This document shows, piece by piece, positions 26,201 through 37,400 of a stretch of 64,000 nt of DNA (its first letter is position 1; each line of letters opens with the position of its first letter). The position numbers and the translations under genes were made by a program. The notes beneath the pieces are model-generated. The model did no database searches and was not told where the DNA came from. It saw only the letters and a program-made list of their open reading frames with translations. The DNA is from Sphagnum compactum (taxonomy: Eukaryota): contig OZ234494.1 in assembly GCA_965153455.1 (NCBI GenBank), positions 2,790,001-2,854,000 on the forward strand, written 5' to 3'.

Positions 26201-27087
26201 GAAGAGGCATTGATGTAGGAGCCATCAAATGTGAACCTAATCACTCGAACGTGGTTGAAGATCTAATTTTCTCCATTTATTATTCAATGAGTACATAAAG
26301 GTTGTTGAAATAGTTATGCTGCAAGTTTTGGGTTCAGTTGAGGATGAAAGGACTTTCAGCAACTTAACTATCATGAATAGTAAGTTACGTAACAAATTAA
26401 CCACATGTCTTGACTTGTGTGTGTGCATGTTCATTCATAATTTTTACAATGTTAGTAATTTTTCGTATGATGTAACCATTGCAACATGGAAGGAAGTTTG
26501 CATTAAATACCACGTAGACTATTAGGGTTTTCTTTTCAATTGCACTTGCATCTTGTAAGTTGAGAGGGCATAAGTTTTTTTTGAAGTATTTGTATGTTTT
26601 TCTAGAAATCCAAGTATGAATCTTGTATGCACTTTGTGGATGTAGGTGAAAGTTGCAATTTTGGGTATGAAGATTGTCCACTTTCCAAGTTGTGTGGGTA
26701 ATGTTTGAAAGTTGGGATTTTTTGTTGGATGTTTATGTGGGTGCAAGACTCCTCTATTGCATGGGTAGGACCTTTCAAGGTCGGGGTTCAATTCCCGTGA
26801 AGGAGATGTTCATGTGTCTATGTTTTTAGATTTAGTTTATGTGTGTGTTTCTCACTTGTCTCAAAATGTAGACATGGCCACACATTTAGCAAACAAATCT
26901 ACCATTTTTCACAATCACCTAAAGCCAAATATGTTGCCCTAAAACTGCAAACTATAGCCAAATATGCTATCATTGGAAAATACCATAGATTTGATTCCAT
27001 AAAATTTTGATTATCGCAAAATGAACCCCATTCTCATCAAAAAAGAAGCCAGTATGGCAACTAAAGGATCTTGAAAAAAAAACACTA
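23297..27087 (+). mobile_element. Full-length but inactivated hAT DNA transposon with TIRs and 8-bp TSD; transposase relic ~24167-26525
   Basis: TIRs CAGTGTTTTT / AAAAACACTA. TSD ATCCCAAC (23289-23296) versus ATCCTAAC (27088-27095). Fragments FQDTWACHFPW..CKSC (Zn finger), ISANEVTTID, GVHCVAH (CxxH) and VLGSVEDERTFSNL (C-terminal domain). Many stops. Confidence 0.9.
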
Positions 27088-27493
27088 ATCCTAACATGGA
27101 AAATTATGATGGCCAATTGTAGTTTGGAAAAAAAATCCAAAGATTGTCGAGAATATTTACACCCAACTTTAGTATTACTCTAAGTATTTAGACTAGTTAG
27201 GCACTAATTAATTATTTGTGAAATTGTGGAAATTTTTGAAAACATACCTACTTGCCATGCCCAAAATTTTTGCACATTAGTTTCATTATTTTGTATAATG
27301 TCTAATTATAAAATATTATTAATTTTACTGCCAAATATAAATGATGAAGAAATTATTTATAATTAAACACCTTGTTGAATGAGCCCAAGTATTATGGTAC
27401 CTATTTACCCATTCCATTTCACATTGAAACTAAAGATGTTCCAAATGAAATCAACACTTTAGTTTTGTGCTCCCACTATTAATGGGTAAGAAC

Positions 27494-30400
27494 TAATGTT
27501 GGTCGGGGTACCCAAATTGCTGGGTAGGAACTAATGGTTCCGAATTTAGGTACCTGGAACCTACTCAGACTCGGGTTCACTTTTGGGAACTGGGTGGAAC
27601 TGGAAATGGGAGATTTCATTGAGGTTTTGGAATTGGGGTTAAACAAACACCCAGTTTTAGAAGATTTTAAAATCGGAATCAAACTTGTGCTTCCACAATT
27701 TAAAGTTGTGATTTTAACTGGGATTGAATTGGGTTCCTTTAGTTTGGTTTTGTTTTGTCTCGCCATCGCCATCGCCGCTAAGCTCTTTTGCAACTTCGTT
27801 GCATGCTGCTGCTGCTGCTGTTGGGGCTCGGCCAGCGCTTGAAGAAGAAACTCCGGTGTCCGTGCACACTGGAGCAAATAAGGTGGTCGTTTTTTCTATT
27901 CGTCGAGAGGAGAATCTGCTAACACACGGAGGAAGAAAACACTCGCGACTGGTGTCTTGTCTTGTCTTGTCTTTCCCTACTTCTTTTTCTTCCCTAAGAG
28001 TGAGATGCGCGTGGGTGCGACGAGCTGCACGACGAATTCCGTGTTAGTCCCGACTAGTAGGATCGACAGCAGCAGAGCAACCCCCACATCGCGTTCATTC
28101 ACCCGAGGTTGAAAAAGGTCGGGCCCACCATCGCCACTGTCCTCGCTACAACCAACCCTATGCCAAGCATAAACGCCAGTAAGGACAGTTCCAGGTTCGT
28201 GGTTTTGACTTCTGAGGCCTTTTTTTTTTTTTTTTTGGGAGGGTGGGAGAGGGACGTAATTCTGGTCTCTTTTTGTCTTTTGTCTTTTCTTCTGTTATCT
28301 AAACCCTAAACCTTTTCTGTTCTGTTCTTTTCTCTTTCTCTTCTCTTCCTTGAACCCTAAACCTCATCTCGTCTCTTCTTCAAAGCTCTTCTCTTCTATT
28401 TTTTCTCTTATTTAAACCTTAGACCTTTTCTCTTCTTTAAACCCTAAACCTGCTCTCATCTCTTCTCTTTCACTTCTCTAAACTGTAAAGCATTGCCTAG
28501 ATCTTTCCCTTTGTATTTTCAGCTCGCTTACCTGCCTAAAGAAGCCTGTTTTCAATAATGTACCAGCCAGGCTGTATTGGGATCTTCTAACCATAGGCCC
28601 TTCTCTTATACCAAAATTTTAAATTTTTTAATGGCTAAAACCCATGTGTTTTTTGACTTCTCAAGTCCTTTTTGAAAAATAGACATTGGTTTAGGGTTTA
28701 AGATTTGAAGAACTCCGCGATGGCACTCGATGCCACACCGCTGCTATGTCCTTGCATTATAGCATTGGACATTTTCACGCTGAAGAAGGACACTGCCAAG
28801 ACGCACTGTAACAACGCCGGGCTCAGCGTTCTAGACAATGCACCCCTGACAGTCTACCAGGCAGCCTTGGTCGGGCATTGGCTAGCCATGGGCCTCAAGA
28901 CCGACAATTCACTTGTTGACGCGCGGTTGTCTAAAATGGAAGCGGCCATCGAGAACATTGCGTCTCTTGCGGCTGCTGGCAACCTTGCTGTCAACCAGTT
29001 GATGGAGCACAAGGCGACCGTAGCTATCACAGCCAAGGCTGCTTCTGCGGAGGAGCCCAAGTGGTCGTGTTGCGAGGGCGCAAAGTCCTGGCGGGGACCA
29101 AGCTAGGCCTAGACGAGGACCTCACACCCGCTACTGGTCAGCAAGAGTGCTTCCCCTGACTTGTTTGTTTGCATGGTATATGTTGCCCTTGTTGGCTCTA
29201 AACACGAGAGCAAATCCTTGTTCCAAAACCTGGTAGCACATATTGCTGAAGTTCAAACTCTAGGGGGCATAGTACTACTAGGAGGGGATTTTAATGCGCG
29301 TATTGCAGTGTTACCAAATACCATTGACACTAGCGACCTTTGTGAATTGTTACAGGCGCCTGAGCTCCCTGAGATTAAGCTACCAAGCGTTGTGGCTAAG
29401 CAACAGAACCGTGATGCCAATGTTGGCGGCTGGGGCCGCGAGCTCTTGGACTTATGTTGTGATGCTGGGTTGCTCATCCTCAATGGCTGGACACCTAGTG
29501 ACGAATCAGGGGAGTTCACTTGCTTGGCAAATGGGGGGCGTAGCACAGTCGATTATATTGTTGGCTCACTTGCAATTTGGCAAGTTGCTACACACCTCGA
29601 GGTGATAACAGACGACACCCGCTACTGCGCAATGGGGGGAGACTCTGACCACAGGCCATTACGCCTATGGTTGAGCATCGATTGTAGCTTTGTTGAGCCA
29701 CAACATACAGTTGTAAAAAACATTCTTACCTACGTTCAAATATGATAAATCAAAAGATGAAGAGTATCATCTTGCCCTAACAGCGAGACTTGGAAACTTG
29801 TGGGTTGCTGACTCAATTGGGCATCTGGGGCAGACAAGTTAGCTGACCTATTGCAACAGTGTGTGGGAGCTGCAACAGAATCTACTTTTGGCAACAAGCC
29901 TTCGGGAGGAAACTGTAAAGAGAGACACTGCCATAAACCCTGGTTTGACACTGATTGCCATATAGCGAAGTGTGAGCTGAGGCTCTGGCTGAAAGCCAAC
30001 CCGATTCGCAAGCCGCTAAACATCAGGAAAGTAAACTTAAAAATGTATTAAAAAAGAAAAGAATTTTCTGGGGAACTGCAAGAGCTCAACATATGTGTAC
30101 GCTTGCCAAGGTGGATGCACTGTCGTTCTGGAAAAGGTACCGGCCAAGGGCACCCATTGTGGACAAAATCAATGCAACTACGTTTTTGGAATGCTTCCGT
30201 GGGCTAGTTGGCCAGTCTCCGCCACCCATACGGCTGCAAATTGATCACTCAACCCAGGTGACGGAACCTCCACCTAGCCACAACCTGAACACAGATATCA
30301 CACTTGCTGAGCTGCTTCAGGTGCTGAAAAAACTACAAAGGAATAAGGCTGCTGGTTTGGATGGTATGAAAGCTGAGTTCATTTTGGATGTGGGAGAGCT

Positions 30401-33400
30401 GCTACACATGCCACTATCGATAGCATTCAACTGTTTTCTGGCGGAAGGCTTTCCAGAAGCCCTTTCCATTCGAGTGGTCCACGCACTATTTAAAGGGGCG
30501 ATGCCTCTGAATTTGACAACTACAGGGGGATAATTGTTGGGCCTATCCTAGCAAAGTTGTTCGCTATGATCCTTGACAAAAGGCTGAGCGAGTGGGTTGA
30601 TCAACATGGGTTGCGTGCTAAGGGTCAAGTTAGGTTTCACAAAGATTACCACACTACTGACCAACTTTTCATATTGCGAACTCTGATAGAACAGAGCAAG
30701 GCAAAAAAGAAGCCACTCTATTGTTGCTTTGTGGACTTCAAAAAGACGTTCGATACTGTGCCGCGTGAAGTGCTTTGGGAGGTGTTGGCTGGCCTCAGGG
30801 TGGAGGGACGCTTCTTGCGATGCCTGCAGGCGATGTATGCCAAGGATACCTTACGCATCAACCATTCAAGCGAGGGTGTCACCTCTAGCTTCAGGTGCCA
30901 GCAAGGTTTGAAGCAAGGTTGCCCTTTCAACCCCCTATTGTTTGGGCTATATTTGGATGCCCTGGAAGGGCGCTTGGACGGCAGAGAATGCGATGCACCG
31001 GCTCTAGCAAATGTGCACGTATGGCTGTTGCTTTTTGCAGATGACCTTGCTCTAACGTCGGAGTCAATGGTGGGACTGCAACAATAGTTAGACGCGCTCC
31101 AGCAGTTCTGTGCTGAACGTGGACTTACAGTGAACATGAAAAAAACAAAAGTCATGGTGTTCAACTCTGCTGACCCATGCCAAGAGTTTGTGTTTGAAGG
31201 TGACGTTATTGAGCGTGTGCAGACCTTCAAATACCTGGGGATCCTGCTCGAGACCACCCCGAACCTGGACAGTGCAGTGGAACATCTAGCAGCTACCAGT
31301 AGGCGCTCGTTGTTCGCACTGAACCATTGCTGTGCGGAGCTACGTATTATGGACGTTTAGTTACGCTATGACCTCTTCAACACGTTGGTGCGTTCCACAA
31401 CAAGCTATGCCTGTGAGGTTTGGGTGGATTCCAAAAAAATAGAGGCTATTAAAGTAGTGTACCGAGGGTTCTTCAAGTCCTTGCTCAGGGTGCGAAAAAC
31501 AACTAGCACGTCCATCGTGCTGACAGAATTTAACAAATTCCCCTTTGAACACTTCGCATGGGGACAAACGCTGTTGTACTATAACCGTGTGAGCACGGTC
31601 ACTAAAGATCGCATATTGGGAAAGGCATGGGAAGCCCAGCTTGCTATGCTTGTTGCGAGAAAAAAATGTTGGGCTAGATCCGTGAAAAAATGGTTACTCA
31701 AATATCAGCCCCAGGAGGTGGCAAGTTTTCTGCCTCCGGTTCAACTATCGTTGGAAACGGCGCCTAAGCTTGTAATGATCCGTGCGCTCCAGGTGAGGAC
31801 TGCTCAACCGCTGCTTGGAGTGGCTCCTGGGACAACACACATACATCCGACCCGTTTAGCAGGGTGAGAGGCTGGGCGGAGAGCCAAGTACTTTGGTGCA
31901 ACGCGCATAACATACGGGTGGGAGTTCAAATGGCTAAGCTGGCTGTGCTACAACTAATGCAGCCGATTGGTGCTAGATCTACGAGGCCCGATCAACTAAG
32001 AGGCTGGGGCCCCACCCCCTCCAGGTTTTCCCCACACAATATTGAATGTAAAAAGGGTGAAGGATAATATGTGGCTGGCTTACATTGAAAAGCTTTTTAC
32101 CAACTGCGAGATCGAGACCAGCGTGCAGACAAGATACTTGCGTTTCAAAGGTATGTCGTACGAAAGCGAAATCTACTTGTGTGACATTAGTTGTGTTCAG
32201 CTGCGGAAAGCTCTGGCCCGATTTCGATGTGGCAACACGCAGCTTGAGGTAATGTTAGGTGTGTGGAAGGGCGTACCATACACAAAAAGGCTTTGTCGAG
32301 GCTGCGATTTGGGGAAGGTTGAAGATGAAGAGCACTTGCTTCTTGTTTGTCCAAATACACAAAAAGTTAGGGAACACTTTTGTTCGGTCGTGCCCCTCAC
32401 CCACATTAGCACTCTTGCTAAGTTCATGCAGACTACGAACACAGTCGCCCTGGCCAAGTTTGTGGCATGCTGCCAGTACTAGAGGACAATTTGTCCTCCA
32501 TGATCTACCTTTCGTCTAATGGACTCTCTAGTCGCAAACGGACGTAAAATTGTAAACAGTAAACAATTGAGTTTTTATACGGTTTTTTGGTTAGATAAAA
32601 ACCCAGTTCCAATTTTGATTCCAAAGTAGGAATTTAAGGTGAATTTTAGGGTTTAAGGTTTTTTTTTAATTTTTTTTTATTGACCATTTTTTTCTTCACC
32701 TATGTGAATAAAAAAAATCATTTGTGACCTTGCAAATGTGCAATATCATTTTATTTTTCCTCTTACATGAGTCATAAAAACTTACTTGCAAATTTGCAAG
32801 TGTGCAATTATTTTTTTTCACCTATGTGAATAAAAAAATCATTTGCGAGCTCACACGTGTGCATCCTTTATAGGTATTTAGAATATATTAGAGTTCAGAA
32901 ATAAGATAATTTAGAAATAAGTTTGACATTTTCAAACCTTTGTATTAGCAAAAAAAAAATTGGAATAAAACTTTTTATTTTTATCTTGTGATTTTCTTAG
33001 TTTTGGATCGTAATAGAATATGTAATGTAATTTGAAGTTTGCTAGTGACAAAAAAAGTTTCATTTTCATGAAATTGAAACTTTCAATCATTTATTTTTTT
33101 TAAAAATTCATCAAATAAAAAATGAATCAATATTTTCCAAATTTTCAGGTCGTTTTGCATATTGAAATCGGAACCGCCAATTATGGAGCTGGGACTGAAA
33201 ACAGGTTCAAATTTGAAATTGAGCTTCAAAAAATTTCAAGTTTTTGGAGTTGTTTTGCATATTGGGACTGAAACCAAAGGTTATGCAACCGATACCCAGA
33301 ATTGATCCAATTTCAAACTAGGTTCAGGAACTGAGACTAAAATCGCCCTAAAAAAAATAAATAATAAAAACACTGAAAGCTAAACCGAGTTCTGATTCAT

Positions 33401-33508
33401 TAAAAGAAAAGAAAAAAATCAAAATTGAATTGAAATCAATCCCTTGACATTTCTAGGAACCGAAATCGATCATTCCTCCTATAAAACCTAGGAACCCAGG
33501 CAACACTG
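27494..33508. mobile_element. Non-autonomous hAT-like element split by the LINE insertion (arms ~27494-27740 and ~32565-33508)
   Basis: Left end TAATGTTGGTCGGGGTACC versus reverse-complemented right end CAGTGTTGCCTGGGTTCC. Flanks GTAAGAAC / GTTAAAAC (6/8). Both arms share GGAAC/GGTTC-rich subterminal motifs. Confidence 0.6.
27741..32564 (+). mobile_element. APE-RT non-LTR retrotransposon (LINE, RTEX-like), near full length, inactivated
   Basis: Endonuclease motifs GGDFNAR, VDY and SDHRP (29161-29745). RT motifs KQGCPFNPLLF, LLFADD and FKYLG. C-terminal CxxC..EDEEHLLLVCP. 3' tail GTAAACA x2. In-frame TAG at 31085 and 31358, plus frameshifts. Coiled-coil ORF1 remnant at 28717-29060. Confidence 0.92.
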
Positions 33509-34400
33509 GTTAAAACGCTTTTCACAACAAGCAATATTGGTACCAATCAAGCTTTTTTTTTCAAAACTCAAAACTAATACCAAGTGGGTAAACTAATACA
33601 CTATACTAGAAGAAAAACCCCATTTTTCGACTTGTCTAAAGCGATTAAAAATGTCTTTTGCAATTATTTTTGATATTGTTGGGTGGTTCTTACTTTCGAT
33701 CAAGAACTTTGGGTTTTGGTTCAAAAAAAAAAGAAAAAGGAAATTAAAATTTATCTCAGTCTCGGTTCCACACATCAAAGGAATTGGCAATCCTGTCCTG
33801 CTGGGGTCCAGTTCTTACAAAACCCTGTTTTATGTTTTTGGGGGTTGTGGTTTTGTAAAATCAGATCCAGTTCTGGTCTGGCTCTTATTAACTGGGACTG
33901 GAACCAACAGTTAGTTAAACTGCTGATTTAGCATTTCTTCTGTCTGGGTTGTATGGCTGGCTGGTACATGTATGCTCCCCATGTGTAAGTCATCACATAT
34001 GGCAGGCCTTGCCATATGGGGGGCATAAGAGTATCATCCATATAGTGCCAGAAAGGCTATATATCACACGGGGCTTGTTCTGGTGGCATCAGTATTGATA
34101 CCCCGTCACAACCCTACATATCTAGCCCACTCTGATTGAAAAAACCTTCAAAAGCATCACGTCAAAGCTTCAAAGCTTTTTGGCTGCAGCAGGATCATGG
34201 CAATTTGAAACACTGAGATCCTAGAGTCTTGAGCAGGCAGGCACTTGTTATCCCTCCCCCCCCCCCCCTCCCTTCCCCCTCAGTTTCTTTGAACACCCAG
34301 TATTCTCACTGGTTAAGCTATATGCTTGCAGTTCTCAGGTCCCAAACATGGTGGCCTTTATGTCCAAGAAAGCAACAGTTACAAGGATGTGTTGCATCTC

Positions 34401-37400
34401 TCACCTAGCACAGCACCGCTGCAAGCTGGTATAGAACCCGTACCTTTTCAACAGACTTGAAGCATTTTGCATTAGCTTCGATGCCAAGGATCTCCACCAG
34501 TACCACTTGATTTGAGTGGAGTCACATTTGTCCAAGATTTGGACTTCCTGACAGGAACCCAGCTCACAGATTCTGTCACTGCCACCTCGAACTGGTCGCA
34601 CAATCAGAGGTTTCCCAACAGAAAATTTCCCTTCTACCTTGCATCCTGCATGCACCCAACACCATAGAGATTTGTGTGGATTCAATCACTCAAAACTAGC
34701 AAAACTTTGTCTGAGTTGGATTCTATACAAGGTGCATATAAGCAGGTGAAACTGTTATTCTAACAACGGCAGTAAGAGTCCCAACTGACTTATGAACCTC
34801 CATGCAACTCTTCGACCTATTTTAGATCATGGTTCTGATTTCTACTACAAAAACTTTTGAAACAATCTTTACCTGAAATAGGCTTGTGGATTCCCACATG
34901 GGGAGACGGCACCTTCAGCAGGTGCATGCATGCCCCCAACTCCATCTTCAGACCCTCGTTTTCCCTCGTCAGCTGCAATACACCATACGCTCAGGGCAAG
35001 GATTTCCTGAACAGGAAACTAACTTCCTTAGAGAAACAGAAAGTGCAATCAAATCCCAAAACCTTCTAGACTCACTGAATGTCTCTCTAGCTGTGCCACA
35101 GCCAATCTCCATCACCTTGGATACCTCTTATTATCCTGTGCACAAAGAAGGTACACTCAAAAGACACTGAACAGATTCACCAGTAAGCGTCTGGAACCTT
35201 GTCAAGCTGCTCTGTAAGATCTTCCAGAGAATTCTGCAAGATGACAATTGTTCTGATGGTATTGTCATCCGGCAGCTCCTGTTTACCACCATTGACTCCT
35301 TTTTCAGTTGTCAAAATATCAGAGTTCAAGCTGGGAAGATCCAGTATGATGTCACCCTCAGAGAACTCAGGGAAGTAATTAGCATTGCCTGTTCCTAAGA
35401 GGCCTTCCTTAATGAAGATTTCCTGGAGAGCAGCAATTACTTCATCCAACCGTGGGGGCACCTTTTTGGACAACATTGCTCTCAGCTGCTCATAAACAAC
35501 CATATCACAGAAGTTTCAGCATCCAGACCAATTACAAATGTAGCACAAACCATAATGTGGACACACTACAAGATTGAACACTTGCTAGTGTTGTTTTTCT
35601 CCTTACAAACCATTTACTCTCATGCTCTGTCCAAACAGCACTTGACACTATGGCCAAGATGCTCAAGCAGTCCTTTTTGGTGCTTTCCTAAAACTTAGCT
35701 TGCCATTGTTGAACCCCATTGCAACTTCCATCCTGCCTCACAGCTTCAAGTCACCATACAACAACAACAGCAACTATTCAGGCAGTAAAATATTTATCTC
35801 ACTCCAGACCATTTTGATTTGATGGATGATGGAGTTGAAGGCAACAAACCTACCTGATGTTGTAAGCTGATGCAGTTCTCTGGAACAGCCTGCACAGTGA
35901 CCCTGGGCTCCAAAGGATTCCCTGCTGTGGCAGATAAATTACTAGGTGTCAGAATTCTGCTTGAATCTCAACCATAAATGTCCAGAGTACAAATTGCCCA
36001 AAATAACTTCCAATATTAAGAGGAGAGTAGACCAGCCATTCAGGATGAGTCATATGTGCACTTACAATGGGAACCATATATTCTCCAACTCCCAGCATAC
36101 TCTTCTGTATTTTAAATGTGGCAATGACAACCCAAGCAGGCAACAGAACCTTGCAGGCACTTATTACCTTCTGTGACTGATTGTAGACGTGCATTTAAGA
36201 TAAGAACTTGTCCCCGCAGTTGCTCACATTCATATTCTGACTTCTGCAGAAGCTGTTCTAATTCGTGGCGCCCTCTTTCAGCATTGACTTTGGGTTTGTT
36301 CCTTATCTGCTTTGCCCTGCAAAATGCAGTCCAGTGAGAACAACAGGTTTGGAAATCAGGAGGATCTTCATGGACACAGGATTTCTAGACAGTGCAGAAA
36401 GGTAGCATAGGCACTGGAGCCCAAAGGCAAGATTTAAAACTATTGCAAACTTAAAGTCTATAGGAGGTCAAAAGATGTGGCAACACCAGGTGGTAAGCAT
36501 TATCACGCATGCTGGGTACGATTGTGCAGATTGCTTACCTGCTCCCAAAGCGTAGAGTTGATAATGTCTCTGAAACATGTAAAGAGCTAGGAGAACAGCA
36601 ACAAAGTAGGGTTGTCCTTGAGTTGCCACCCTGTTGAGAGAATAACATTCTCAGGCAATTTCATTATGGAAAAACTTTCAGTTCTTTCATTCTAATAACT
36701 CCAAAAGATCAAGAAATTACAGCTATTCTCAAGGTTGCTATTTGTACAAAGAACCCAACTAAAGCAGAATATATTGATCATGAATCTACCTACCAGTGAT
36801 TCTTGCAGTATACGAGTCAATTTTGAGTCACGGTAAGGAACATGGGATCCTGTCTCTGCAACAAATTAACAATAGGTGGCCAATTGAGTCAATGGGAACA
36901 CTGGATCTCCGCATCTGTGCAACAGACAAGTCACTGACAGGCCCAAGAGTTTTATCTGTAATTGACTTTAGTCCAAAGATAAGATAATGCCCTGAAAATG
37001 GCAGGCGACCTTACCTGAAGTAAGGGCATTGATGACATTGCCAAGAGCAGAGAGGGACTTGTTGATCATTTTAGCTTCAGACAGAAGTTTTCCCTCTGCT
37101 CCTGTTCTTTCAACTTTTTCAGATCCTGCCAGATCAACAAGATAGACTTTCCCTGTCTTCATGCTTCATGATCATGCCATTACATTTCACATGTCAGATG
37201 CAAGTTTCTAGGAAAATGGATCTCTTTGCTGAGAACCAAGCACTAAGATATGGCCATATGCAAATGAAACATCAACAATTCTCGTCTTCAGTGCAAGACT
37301 CAAAAAACTCAAGTTTTAAGAACTTCAGCTTGCCAAGTTTCTTGCTGTGCATATCAGCATTGTGGATGAATTTTGCCTACCTTCGATCCTCACTGTTTGT

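Noticed and set aside
32510-32550. Hammerhead ribozyme at the LINE 3' end (CTAATGG...GCAAAC)
   Set aside because: Core bases differ from CUGAUGA/GAAA, and no three-stem junction with an NUH site could be drawn.
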